Source: Fibrobacteria bacterium (GTDB lineage: Bacteria > Fibrobacterota > Fibrobacteria > UBA11236). From it: a stretch of DNA of 64,000 nt. The translations under genes were made by a program, and so were the position numbers. Location of the stretch: positions 96,001-160,000 of the forward strand of contig JBGTHM010000100.1 in assembly GCA_041746255.1 (NCBI GenBank). Reading direction: 5' to 3'. The notes beneath the pieces were generated by a model. It was not told the origin of the DNA. It worked only from the letters and a program-made list of their open reading frames with translations, and made no database searches. Below, one piece after another: positions 37,751-48,203 of this stretch (position 1 is the stretch's first letter; each line of letters begins with the position of its first letter).

Positions 37751-40700
37751 ATGAAAAAATCCCCCTTAGGCTACGCAGTCATTTTGCTCTTCCTCCCCTT
37801 TTGTGATTTCGCCTCGGCTCAAGCTAAGCGATGCGATCTGACCGGTGCTTTACTTACCGACGGCAACGGCATTGGATTTAAAAAATGCCTGGACGTTTCG
37901 ACGCTGGACGGTAAAACCCTGACCATTCCCCAAAACGTGACGCGTATTGACAACGATGGATTGGCTCTGTGCCGCACCACCATTCAAGAAGGTGGAGACG
38001 CCGATATAGTCTACGTGATGGACCAGTCTGGTAGCATGTACGCGAATTTCGTCCATATCAGTCCCAGCGGCGATACCACCTATATCGAAAGAATGGCAGG
38101 ATGCAATGCTTCGCCCGCGATCGTGGGGAAAATAACCTTACCCTATTCCACCGGCACCCGGACAGTGGATTTACTTGATCCCAACGGAAGCATAATGGGA
38201 TGCCCACTGGCAGGCGACCCCTTCGCCCAGCGCGGCGTGGCCTTCAAGGCGGCCATCGACTATCAGGCCCAACAATCCCCGCAATCGACCGCGGGATATA
38301 TCGGGTTCAACAGTTCCATCGTGGAACAGCAATCCTTGCTGCAGCTAACACCGGCCAATGTGACCATATTGAAGAACACCATCGGACTCAAAACGGGCGG
38401 AACCAATTACAAACCGCCCTTGGAGAGATCCAAACAATGGTTGACCAATACCTCCCTGATCAAAACCCAAAGCCAGGCAGTCATATTTTTGTCCGACGGA
38501 CAACCCTTCGACAGTTATCTCGATGTCCTTTCCCCGACTTATCTGAACGCCCCCGGTATCATGCCGCCTATTTTCGGAATCTTTCTCGGCAATCCCAACG
38601 CGGCCTACCAAAAGCTGGAAGAATTATCCTCACTAACCGGAGGCCGATTCTATCTCATTCCACCCAATCGGCCCGATAGCCTGAAAACCGTGGTCGAAGA
38701 AATCCTTAATCTCATTCTCCTGGAGTTCCAGCCCATCTCGGCAACGGTTTCCAACAAAAGCCTTATACCGGTACAAAACTCCCTCGGAGATTTATCCGGG
38801 ATGACCAAGCAATCCGACGGAAGTTGGCTGATTAAATTGGATAGCGCCGTCGCCATCCAACCAGGCAATAATGAAATCACCGTCACCTCCCATTATCGCG
38901 AAATCCAAGGTGATTCGATCCGCCTGCAGAATATCCGCTTTTGGCTTAACGCCACAGGCGGGGCCGAAACCCAGAACAAAATCGTGGGTGGGGGCGCCTT
39001 TTCCACCCAATGCCACGATCCTTCCACCTTGCAGATCCGCAACGCGCAAGGATTGCTCCCGGCCTATTTAACGGAACTGGATACGGCTTACCGAGTGCAT
39101 CTGAACATGTCCCAATCGTCCCTTACCCAAGTTACCGCCAATGCCTTGGCGGTCCTACAAGGCGACGACGAACGTCTCGCTATGAGTGGACCCACCCTCT
39201 CGGCCGGTCGGTCATTGTTTCAATCGAGCTTTCCCTTCCGGGCTGGAGGGTCCCATACCGATTTCAACGGGCGTCTGGAAAGTTCCGCTTATGATTCGCT
39301 CCTGGTAACCTGGCGTCATCCTCGGGACCCTCGCGATATGGCTTCGGGTACCATGAAGGTGCAAGCCGCTTTCAAGGCGGCGGAAGTCTATTTCGCGGCC
39401 ACCTCCGGGGGTGAAAAAATCACCAACTATCCCATATCGCAAAAAACCGTTTTCGTGGTCGTAAAAGACCAGGTTTGGAATCCATCCCTGACCTATACGG
39501 TTCAGGTCAAGAACAATAATTTCGGTGAAGACCGGGAAACTCTGAGCCTGACGCAATTGTCGCCCGGTGTATACGGCGCGCAAGTGCCGGTGGAAGTAAA
39601 CCTTAAAGTTCCCCATGATGGAAAATTTCAAATGGCCCTGGCCGGCGATCAATTGACGGCCATTTTCGTGGATCCCGTTTACAAAGACACGGCCACCGGG
39701 AATGCCGGTTTCGACCGTGACGCTGAAGTGGCCGCCAAGGTGGATTTCACCAATTCGTTAGGCGTTCCTCTGCCCCCTGACGCCATCTATTCACCTTCCT
39801 CTGGGAGAATTTATTTGCGCTATGAGGATGACCGGGTATTCGGCACCATTCCCACAAAAAAAGTCTCGCTGTTGGTCAATAACAAAAAATACGGCGATAT
39901 CATCGGTACCGACTTCGAAAGAGTCACCGTCACCCTGCAGGCGGCAACAGGAAACCAGGGTGTATGGACGGGATCGATTCCGCTCAAAGACGTTTTTCCC
40001 GCCCAGGATTCCAATGGAACCGTGGAAACCCGCTTTCGGGGGGAAATCACCGCCTCGGTCTTACCGCATTCGAATCAGGGCGTGGCAGGCGATATCCCTG
40101 TAACCGATTTTCTGGTGGTCGCTTATGCCGATATTCCCGCGGTGATCGAATGGGCCCCGGTGGGACCCTCGGTTGAAGTTCCGCCGGGTCAAGAAGCTTT
40201 TATCGTTAAAGTGACCGATCAACCCTTCACCACCGGCGGCAGCGACAGCCTGAGGATTTCCGTAAAATGCCTGCGCTCGGGTGACGGGCTGGGAAATATC
40301 CTACTCATCGAAGACGGTAAAGGCAGTTTCACTTCGGTTCCCATTTTCCAGAACAATAGCAACCCCAATTTTACCGATGCCATTTTATCCTGTCAAAACC
40401 CCGACGAAATCGAAGTCACTTATATCGACCCCGTTTTCGGAACCATCACCACACTCCTCATACGGGAAACCGCACCTCCCGTCGCCAACCCATCCGGTCG
40501 GAATTTCCTTTACCAACTTGGCGTGGTGCTGACTAGCCCCACTCCCGATGCGCGCATCTATTACACCCTGGACGGAACCCGCCCCGACACCGCCTCCACC
40601 CTGTATACCGGTCCCATACCGGTGATAACCGGAACCACCCTGAGGGCAGTAGCCGTAAAAACCGGATGGAAGAACAGCAAGGAATTGCAAGAAGTCTATG

Positions 40701-43700
40701 TGAAACAATTCACCCCCTCGCGTTTGGAAATTTTGGATCAGGCTGGAAACCCCCTCGCCGGCGGCGCCCTGACCCAACGGGATAGCTTGTTCATGGTGAA
40801 AATAATCACCACCCAAGGTGGATTGTCTGTGGTGCAACCCGAAGCCACGACCCGCGTGCTCGGCGATAAGGAAACCCTGGATTTATCCTATAAATTGGAA
40901 TTGCCGGATAGGGTCGAATACCGGGATCTCATCCCCTTGAAAATCACAACCGGAAGTCCGACGCGCGTGGACACGGTGGAAGCCTTCGTCATCGATACCT
41001 TACGGGTTTTCTGGCGCAACCCACTCGACAGCAATGATGTTGCCGAAGCAACCGTCCTCGTGCGTCCGGCTTTCCAGGCCGCCGAAGTATACTTTTCGCA
41101 AAGCGAGGGAGGTCCCCGCACCACGCGCTTCCCTGCCGATCAGGATACCGTCTTCATCGTTATCAAGGATCAACCCGGCGATCCCCGTCTGAGTTATACG
41201 GTTGACATTTTCAGTTCCGTCGCGGGGGACACCGAGACCCGTCCCTTAACCGAGCTGTCTCCGGGAACCTATTCCACCTTCATAACCATCGGTAAGACCC
41301 AGGCCTCGAAGGGAGACGGTATCTTACAGGTCTCCCCGGCATCGGATCAATTGACGGCCGTTTTCAAGGATCCCATTTACCTGGACGTGGCAACGGGCAA
41401 TGCCGGTTTCGACGAAGACGTGCAAGAATCCGGGGTGCTGGTTTTCACCGATTCCGAAGGGGCCATCCTCCCGCCTGGACATTTCTGGAATCCGGAAGCA
41501 GGTAAGATCTTTGTGCGTTATTACGACGACTGGAATCCGGCCGTGGACGCCTCTCTGGCGACCAAACAGGTGAATTTCTCCCTTTCCCAGAAAAAATCGC
41601 AGGAAATCGTGGGTACCGATACCGAAGCGGGAACGATGGCTCTGATTCCGGCCAACAACACGGCCACGCGCGGAACCTGGAGCGGGCAATTCAATCTCGC
41701 GGATCTCTTCCCTCCGACTCCGGGAAATTCGATGCTGGAAACCTATTATCGAGGGGAACTCACGGCATCAGTGGTACCACACAATAATGCCGGAACCCCG
41801 CTATCGACTCAACTGCACTCGTTACTACTTATCGCTTACCCCGATAAACCGGCTACTATCCGGATATCCGACGCCGATAATCGTCTCCAAGTTGACAGGC
41901 TTACCGGCAAGCTCCGCATCCGGATAACGGATCAGGTTTTTTCCTCTTCCGGAACCCCGACCCTGACGGTGCAAGCAAGCTGCGCAGGCTCGGGTGATCA
42001 GGTAAATAATGTGGTTTTGACCCTGATAGACCCCTCGGGTATATACGAAACCAAAACCGATCTAATCAAGGGAGAATGGTATTCGGGCGCGCCGGATAAA
42101 GGCGACGGCATCCTTTCATGTAAGGAATCGGATATTATCACCGTTCACTACACCGATCCCGTGTACGGAACCCAGGCCAGCGAGAACGTACGCTATGAGG
42201 ATGTGACTCCCACCCGTATTTATTTCGCTTCCATCACGGACACCTCCGAAATCAAGTCGCTTTCGACCACCCAGGCTGGTTATTTTCTGGTGGTGGTGGA
42301 AAGCAAAAGCCCCACCCGTAATGCGCGCGATACCCTTGCCGTTATTTTGATCGCGCCCGACGGGGAGAAAGAAACCGTATCCGTCATCGAGACCGCGCCT
42401 TTTTCCGGGGTATTCGTAGGCCGGGTTCCCTTCGGGTTCGCATTGGCCGCGCCTACCGCGGGCAACGGGAAAATCGAGGGAAAAATCGACAATACCAAGC
42501 GCATCAACTCCCTGGTTACGCAAAGTGAAATTACCGTGGACGGGAAAAAATACTCTAGCGCATTGACCCTGGTAGCCGAATTCAACCTGGTGCAATACGT
42601 TTATGTGAAAGATCTCGACGGCGACGGCCGGGTGGATAGGGCCTACTTCGCGTTCGATCGAAAACTGGGACGACTTCCCACCGGCATCGACCCCGTATAT
42701 TGGAACGAAGAGTCGCTTGCCAAGGCCCGCAAAGCGGGAGCCGCCCAGATATCCTTCGTGAATAACGATTCCACCCTGGTGATGGCGGACTTTTCCGCCA
42801 ATCCCTTCGCCTACGGGCTTACGGGCTGGGGCCGCGGCGACAAGCCCACCGCCCGCTTCCCATCCGACGAATTGTTCGGCGGTCAGAAACCCATTCTCCA
42901 CGACTCCGTCGGACCCGTGATAATCTCGGCCCTGAAGAAACCCTCCGACCTGTCGGCCTACGATTATTCCGAAACGGAAAAACGTTTCAACCCCGATACC
43001 CTGGTGGTGGAAGTCTCGGAACGCATGCGCACCTTGACCCATTGGAAGAATATGCTGCGCTTCACGCGCGGATGCGGCGATTACTCGGCCTCCATCCCGT
43101 TGATCACCTATGGCGAACCCATATTGGAAGCCGACGGCGTCACATGGACCATAATCGTCGACAATACTCCCGGCTCGCAAACACCCGTACTGGGAGACTG
43201 CGTTTTCCTGACGGTGGATGGCCGCTATTTGGATGAACACGGCAATAGGCCTCCGGTTCTCGGAATGAAACTGGAAGGGAAGAACCCCAAAATGGTGATA
43301 CGTCAATTCCGGGCCTATCCACCGGTTGCGGGCCTGGACCCCAACTCGCCCGAATTCATCCTTTCGATGAACGAAACCCGCACCGAAAAGAAAGGCGAGT
43401 ACGGTTTGCGGCGGGGCGAAACGGAATGGATAATGGAATGGATGCCTCCCTACGGTTTTACCGATGTGGAATCATTCAAACCTTATATGCCAAGCAATCC
43501 GGGGGAGCCTGCGCGCAACGAGATTGAATACGCCGGACCCGTTCCCATGCCGAAAAACATCAGTACCGTGCAAATCATCACCACTGGAAAGTATATCGCT
43601 TTCGTAACCATATACGATCATTTGGGCCAATTCGTGAACGAATTCAAGCAGTCGTTCGGTTATCACGGTGAAATGCGCAACCCCAACCGCAGCGCCGATC

Positions 43701-43849
43701 AGGGCATGGTCAGCTATCTGGTTTGGAACATGAAGGACACCCGGAAACAACCGGTGGGAAACGGCGCCTATGTCTGGAAGGTGAACTTCTATCTGGAAAA
43801 TCAGAAACAAGAGGTGCAATTCATACGCACCGGATTAATCCGGCGCTAG
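37751..43849 (+). CDS. VWA-domain large surface protein, paralogous in its stalk to 33265..37503
   Basis: GAGGTG RBS, signal peptide, MIDAS DQSGS...GGTNY...FLSDG, CHB_HEX_C (IYYTLDGTRP) and C-terminal WNMKD...VGNGAYVWK. Confidence 0.88.
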   Translation: MKKSPLGYAVILLFLPFCDFASAQAKRCDLTGALLTDGNGIGFKKCLDVSTLDGKTLTIPQNVTRIDNDGLALCRTTIQEGGDADIVYVMDQSGSMYANFVHISPSGDTTYIERMAGCNASPAIVGKITLPYSTGTRTVDLLDPNGSIMGCPLAGDPFAQRGVAFKAAIDYQAQQSPQSTAGYIGFNSSIVEQQSLLQLTPANVTILKNTIGLKTGGTNYKPPLERSKQWLTNTSLIKTQSQAVIFLSDGQPFDSYLDVLSPTYLNAPGIMPPIFGIFLGNPNAAYQKLEELSSLTGGRFYLIPPNRPDSLKTVVEEILNLILLEFQPISATVSNKSLIPVQNSLGDLSGMTKQSDGSWLIKLDSAVAIQPGNNEITVTSHYREIQGDSIRLQNIRFWLNATGGAETQNKIVGGGAFSTQCHDPSTLQIRNAQGLLPAYLTELDTAYRVHLNMSQSSLTQVTANALAVLQGDDERLAMSGPTLSAGRSLFQSSFPFRAGGSHTDFNGRLESSAYDSLLVTWRHPRDPRDMASGTMKVQAAFKAAEVYFAATSGGEKITNYPISQKTVFVVVKDQVWNPSLTYTVQVKNNNFGEDRETLSLTQLSPGVYGAQVPVEVNLKVPHDGKFQMALAGDQLTAIFVDPVYKDTATGNAGFDRDAEVAAKVDFTNSLGVPLPPDAIYSPSSGRIYLRYEDDRVFGTIPTKKVSLLVNNKKYGDIIGTDFERVTVTLQAATGNQGVWTGSIPLKDVFPAQDSNGTVETRFRGEITASVLPHSNQGVAGDIPVTDFLVVAYADIPAVIEWAPVGPSVEVPPGQEAFIVKVTDQPFTTGGSDSLRISVKCLRSGDGLGNILLIEDGKGSFTSVPIFQNNSNPNFTDAILSCQNPDEIEVTYIDPVFGTITTLLIRETAPPVANPSGRNFLYQLGVVLTSPTPDARIYYTLDGTRPDTASTLYTGPIPVITGTTLRAVAVKTGWKNSKELQEVYVKQFTPSRLEILDQAGNPLAGGALTQRDSLFMVKIITTQGGLSVVQPEATTRVLGDKETLDLSYKLELPDRVEYRDLIPLKITTGSPTRVDTVEAFVIDTLRVFWRNPLDSNDVAEATVLVRPAFQAAEVYFSQSEGGPRTTRFPADQDTVFIVIKDQPGDPRLSYTVDIFSSVAGDTETRPLTELSPGTYSTFITIGKTQASKGDGILQVSPASDQLTAVFKDPIYLDVATGNAGFDEDVQESGVLVFTDSEGAILPPGHFWNPEAGKIFVRYYDDWNPAVDASLATKQVNFSLSQKKSQEIVGTDTEAGTMALIPANNTATRGTWSGQFNLADLFPPTPGNSMLETYYRGELTASVVPHNNAGTPLSTQLHSLLLIAYPDKPATIRISDADNRLQVDRLTGKLRIRITDQVFSSSGTPTLTVQASCAGSGDQVNNVVLTLIDPSGIYETKTDLIKGEWYSGAPDKGDGILSCKESDIITVHYTDPVYGTQASENVRYEDVTPTRIYFASITDTSEIKSLSTTQAGYFLVVVESKSPTRNARDTLAVILIAPDGEKETVSVIETAPFSGVFVGRVPFGFALAAPTAGNGKIEGKIDNTKRINSLVTQSEITVDGKKYSSALTLVAEFNLVQYVYVKDLDGDGRVDRAYFAFDRKLGRLPTGIDPVYWNEESLAKARKAGAAQISFVNNDSTLVMADFSANPFAYGLTGWGRGDKPTARFPSDELFGGQKPILHDSVGPVIISALKKPSDLSAYDYSETEKRFNPDTLVVEVSERMRTLTHWKNMLRFTRGCGDYSASIPLITYGEPILEADGVTWTIIVDNTPGSQTPVLGDCVFLTVDGRYLDEHGNRPPVLGMKLEGKNPKMVIRQFRAYPPVAGLDPNSPEFILSMNETRTEKKGEYGLRRGETEWIMEWMPPYGFTDVESFKPYMPSNPGEPARNEIEYAGPVPMPKNISTVQIITTGKYIAFVTIYDHLGQFVNEFKQSFGYHGEMRNPNRSADQGMVSYLVWNMKDTRKQPVGNGAYVWKVNFYLENQKQEVQFIRTGLIRR

Positions 43850-44445
43850 GAACCGGCCCTCGCCTGGAGGAAAGACTGGACCGCCCGGCCCCGGTGGCTG
43901 AGCGCGTCCTTGACCTCTGGCGGAAGTTCCGCGAAGGATTGGTGATGGCCCTCGGGTAGGAAAAGCGGGTCGTAGCCGAAACCCAATTCGCCCTTTTCTT
44001 CGTAGGCGATCTCTCCCTCGCATATGCCCTCGAAATATTCGGGGAGATGGGAAGGAGCCAAAAAGCAAAGCACGCATACGAAGCGCGCTTTTCGGTTCTC
44101 CACGCCTTCCAGCTCGCGGAGCAGCTTGGCCCGGTTTTGCCCATTCGTAGCGGAAGGCCCGGCATAGCGTGCCGTATGCAGACCCGGCGCGCCTCCCAGG
44201 GCTTCCACTTCCAGCCCACTGTCATCGGCCAGCACCGGTAGGCCGGAGAAGCGCGCCAGCGCCTCGGCTTTAATCAAGGCATTAGCCCGGAAGGAGGCGC
44301 CCGTCTCCGGTATGTCGTCGGTAAACTCGACATCACCGGGGGTTTTCAGCAGGTAGCCATGCGGCTCCAACAGGGTTTTAAACTCCCCCACCTTACCCGC
44401 GTTACCGGTGGCCAATAAAATCACCTTACGTGAATTCGCGTCCAT
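43846..44445 (-). CDS. rdgB: Non-canonical purine NTP pyrophosphatase (RdgB/HAM1)
   Basis: ATGNAGK, ADDSGLEVEALGGAPG, GFGYDPLF and SHRGRA. Confidence 0.96.
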   Translation of the reverse strand: MDANSRKVILLATGNAGKVGEFKTLLEPHGYLLKTPGDVEFTDDIPETGASFRANALIKAEALARFSGLPVLADDSGLEVEALGGAPGLHTARYAGPSATNGQNRAKLLRELEGVENRKARFVCVLCFLAPSHLPEYFEGICEGEIAYEEKGELGFGYDPLFLPEGHHQSFAELPPEVKDALSHRGRAVQSFLQARAGS

Positions 44446-44453
44446 GCTGCAAA

Positions 44454-46985
44454 TCACCCCTTGGGCTTGACTACGAAATTGACCAGTTTATCTTTCACGC
44501 GAATCACCCGGATAATGTCCTGGTTTTCCAGATAGGTCGCGAATTTGGCGTCGCTGCGCGCCATTTTTTCCAACTCGTCTTCGGGAGTATCCTTGGCTAC
44601 TTCCAGACGCGCCCTCACCTTACCATTGGCTTGTAGCACGACCGTTACGGTATCCTCTACGATAAGAGCCGGATCGAATTCGGGCCAGGGCTCGTATGCC
44701 AGCGATTCGGAATGACCCAAACGTTCCCAGATTTCCTCGGCGATATGCGGAGCGTAGGGTGCGGTCAAAAGCACCAGAGTCTCCGCGGCTTCGCGATGAC
44801 AAACCGGACGATCGTAAGCGGCGGTCAATTCGTTGCAAAGAATCATCAAGGCCGAAATTCCGGTATTGAAGCGCAGCCCTTCAATGTCGTCGCCCACCTT
44901 GGCGATGGTGCGGTGCAATGCCCGACGTACGTTCTCCGGAGGCGTCGCTTCCAGAATTTCGACTTCGTTTCTATCATCGCCTACCGTAAGGCGCCAGACC
45001 TTGTTGAGAAAACGCCATAAACCTTCGATTCCCGCCGTCTGCCAAGGCTTCATACGTTCCAGCGGCCCCATGAACATTTCGTATAACCGCAGCGAGTCGG
45101 CGCCGTATTCCTTGACCACGTCGTCGGGGTTGACCACGTTGCCGCGTGACTTCGACATTTTCTCGCCGTCTTCGCCCAGAATCAAACCCTGATTCACCAG
45201 CTTGTGAAAAGGCTCCCGCGTAGAGACGTATCCCAAATCGAAAAGCACCTTATGCCAAAAGCGCGCATAAAGCAGGTGCAGCACCGCATGCTCGGCGCCT
45301 CCGATATACAGGTCCACCGACATCCAATGCTTTTCGGCATCGGAGGTAAACGGCGCCTCATCACTTTCCGGGCTCAGGTAACGCAGGTAATACCAGCTCG
45401 ACCCCGCCCATTGCGGCATGGTATTCAATTCTCGGGTTCCCTTGATACCATCCTTGCCTTTATAGGTCGCCCATTCCCTGGCTTTGGCCAGAGGCGGTTC
45501 GAAAGTTCCCGTGGGGCGATAGTCTTCCAACGCGGGAAGCTCCACCGGAAGCTCCTCGTCAGGAACCGCCACCGGGCCTGTGTCGGTATGTACGATGGGA
45601 AAAGGCTCCCCCCAATACCGTTGCCGGGAGAAAAGCCAATCGCGCAGACGGTATTGCACTTTGGCCCTGCCTCGGTGTTTTTCCTCCAGCCAGGCGATGA
45701 TTTGCTCCTTGGCGGTTTCCACATCGAGTCCGTTCAGAAAACCGGAATTCACCAAGACTCCGTCGCCGGTATAGGCCTCGGTGGAAATATCCCCTCCGCT
45801 GATGACCTCGACGATGGGGAGGTCGAACTTTTTCGCGAAGGCATAATCCCTTTCGTCATGAGCCGGCACGGCCATGATGGCCCCGGTGCCGTAGCCCATC
45901 ATCACATAATCGGCGGTGTATATGGGTATCTCGGCTCCGTTGACCGGATTGATGGCATAGGCTCCGGTAAACACGCCGGTTTTGTCCTTTTCCATGCCCC
46001 GTTCCAAATCCGATTTTCCGGCCGCCTGACGCTTATAGGCCTCCACCGCATTTTCCTGCGCGGGGGTGGTTATCGTGTCCAAGTAAGGGTGTTCGGGAGC
46101 CATGACCATATAGGTGGCGCCGAAAAGGGTGTCGGGTCGAGTCGTGAATATTTCGAGGCGGCTTTTACGGCCTTTGATATCGAAGCTCACTTCGGCTCCC
46201 TGGGAGCGTCCAATCCAATTCTTCTGCATCATCTTGATGGAGTCGGACCAATCCAATCCCTGTAAATCGTCGATGAGGCGCTCCGCATAAGCGGTGATGC
46301 GCAAAACCCATTGCCGCATGGGCTTGCGTTCGCAGGGGAAATCGCCGCGCTCGGACTTTCCGTCGATAACCTCCTCATTGGCTAACACCGTACCCAGTTC
46401 GGGACACCACCACACGGCGATTTCGTCCATATAGGCTAAGCGGTGCAAATCGAGGAAGGCCTGTATCTGGTGGTTATCGCCACGGATTTCGTGTGGAATA
46501 ACCAATTCGGAAATGGGCCTCGCCTTGTTGGCTTTGGTGTCGTACCAGCTCTCGAACAGCTTTTTGAAAATCCATTGCGTCCACCGGAAATACTTGGGAT
46601 CGCTGGTATTGATTTCGCGGTCCCAGTCATAGGAAAAACCCAGCGATTGGATTTGCCTCCGGAAGTTGTTGATGTTCTCTTCGGTGGTAATGCGCGGATG
46701 CGTACCGGTTTTAATGGCATGCTGTTCGGCTGGAAGCCCGAAAGCGTCCCACCCAATCGGGTGCAGCACATTGAAGCCCCGCATGCGCTTATAACGGCAA
46801 ACGATATCCGTGGCCGTATACCCTTCGGGATGCCCCACGTGCAATCCATTGCTGGAAGGATAGGGAAACATATCCAGGCAGTAGAATTTCGGCTGGTCCG
46901 CTACCCTCTCGGTTTTGAAGGTCTTCTTTGAGACCCAATGATTTTGCCATTTCGGTTCGATGGCATGGGGATTGTATTTCGGCAA
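44454..46985 (-). CDS. leuS: Leucyl-tRNA synthetase
   Basis: DMFPYPS..GLHVGH, editing domain FTTRPDT and [12 protein letters not shown], and KMSKS. TTG start after an AGAGG RBS. Confidence 0.98.
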   Translation of the reverse strand: MPKYNPHAIEPKWQNHWVSKKTFKTERVADQPKFYCLDMFPYPSSNGLHVGHPEGYTATDIVCRYKRMRGFNVLHPIGWDAFGLPAEQHAIKTGTHPRITTEENINNFRRQIQSLGFSYDWDREINTSDPKYFRWTQWIFKKLFESWYDTKANKARPISELVIPHEIRGDNHQIQAFLDLHRLAYMDEIAVWWCPELGTVLANEEVIDGKSERGDFPCERKPMRQWVLRITAYAERLIDDLQGLDWSDSIKMMQKNWIGRSQGAEVSFDIKGRKSRLEIFTTRPDTLFGATYMVMAPEHPYLDTITTPAQENAVEAYKRQAAGKSDLERGMEKDKTGVFTGAYAINPVNGAEIPIYTADYVMMGYGTGAIMAVPAHDERDYAFAKKFDLPIVEVISGGDISTEAYTGDGVLVNSGFLNGLDVETAKEQIIAWLEEKHRGRAKVQYRLRDWLFSRQRYWGEPFPIVHTDTGPVAVPDEELPVELPALEDYRPTGTFEPPLAKAREWATYKGKDGIKGTRELNTMPQWAGSSWYYLRYLSPESDEAPFTSDAEKHWMSVDLYIGGAEHAVLHLLYARFWHKVLFDLGYVSTREPFHKLVNQGLILGEDGEKMSKSRGNVVNPDDVVKEYGADSLRLYEMFMGPLERMKPWQTAGIEGLWRFLNKVWRLTVGDDRNEVEILEATPPENVRRALHRTIAKVGDDIEGLRFNTGISALMILCNELTAAYDRPVCHREAAETLVLLTAPYAPHIAEEIWERLGHSESLAYEPWPEFDPALIVEDTVTVVLQANGKVRARLEVAKDTPEDELEKMARSDAKFATYLENQDIIRVIRVKDKLVNFVVKPKG

Positions 46986-47123
46986 TGTAAAACCTCTTGG
47001 AATGACCGGGGAAAATAGCAAATCCAGGCGAAACTGGCCTTGTGGACTAGTATGACGCTATGCGGCGATTTATCCAATTTTAGGGAGCAATTCCGGGGAA
47101 ACCCGTGGCTCGAAAGGACATCA

Positions 47124-48101
47124 ATGCGATATCGGGAATTAGGTAAAACGGGTGTGCGGCTATCGGAAATCGGGTTTGGAGGCTGGGCCATCGGGGGTTC
47201 CTGGGGGCCGCAAAAAGAAGAGGATTCGCTGGCGGCCCTGAATCGCGCCGCGGAATCGGGAGTGGATTTTATCGACACCGCAGCCGGTTACGGCGACGGG
47301 AACAGCGAACGAATCATCGGAGCTTATTGCAAACAATCCCCCAAAAAGTTTTTCGTAGCGACCAAAATTCCTCCAGTCGCCGGTAGCTGGCCGCCTTCCC
47401 CTTATGACGCCATCGAAACTTCCTACCCCGCCGCCTATATACGCAAAAGCCTAAAGCAGCGGATGGAAAACCTGCAAACGGATTGTATCGACCTTATCCA
47501 GTTCCACACGTGGACTCGCGCCTGGAACCGTAAGCCCTCAGCTCTGGATGTACTACGCGAGCTAAGGGACGAAGGCAAGATTCGCTATATCGGCATGTCG
47601 ACGCCGGAGCATGACCAGAATTGCCTGATCGATTTAATGCGCAACGGCTACTTGGACGTCGTGCAAATCATATACAACATCTTCGAGCAAGATCTGGCCG
47701 CCGAGTTTCTGGATACTGCGGCCGAAAACGGGGTCGGAGTCATCGTGCGCGCGCCCTTCGAAGAAGGGGCTTTGACGGGAAAATATACGGTGGAAACACG
47801 CTTCGCTGACGACGATTTTCGCAAGGGTTACTTCCTGGGAGACCGGCTCCCCCGCACGGTTCGGCGCGCGAACCTTATCGCCGAAGAATTAAAGGGAAGC
47901 GGGTATACCCTACCCCAGGCGGCGCTGAAATTCTGCCTGGCCCACCCGGCTGTCTCTACGGTGATACCGGGTATGCGCAATGCCGTTCAGGCGGAAGCCA
48001 ATTGCCGGGTTTCGGATATGCCGGATATGCCGCGGGAATTGTTGCTAAGGCTGAGAAAGCACCAATGGCGACGCTCGATTTGGTATCCCGGGAATGAATA
48101 G
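47124..48101 (+). CDS. Aldo/keto reductase
   Basis: AAGGA RBS, LGKTG..LSEIGFG, DTAAGYGDG.SE, ATK, DLIQFH and VIPGMRN. Confidence 0.93.
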   Translation: MRYRELGKTGVRLSEIGFGGWAIGGSWGPQKEEDSLAALNRAAESGVDFIDTAAGYGDGNSERIIGAYCKQSPKKFFVATKIPPVAGSWPPSPYDAIETSYPAAYIRKSLKQRMENLQTDCIDLIQFHTWTRAWNRKPSALDVLRELRDEGKIRYIGMSTPEHDQNCLIDLMRNGYLDVVQIIYNIFEQDLAAEFLDTAAENGVGVIVRAPFEEGALTGKYTVETRFADDDFRKGYFLGDRLPRTVRRANLIAEELKGSGYTLPQAALKFCLAHPAVSTVIPGMRNAVQAEANCRVSDMPDMPRELLLRLRKHQWRRSIWYPGNE

Positions 48102-48203
48102 CCGCCTTATCGCGACAGAAAAGCTCCTGAACTGAAAGTTCCGGCATGGAGATCCGATCCCGAGGCGGTTAGGGCAAGGACAAATCGTCCATACGACCAG
48201 TTC

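Noticed and set aside
42116..46265. Long antisense ORFs (42116..43306, 45204..46265; likewise 29346..30293)
   Set aside because: These are shadow frames opposite well-supported genes in GC-rich DNA, with no recognisable motifs.
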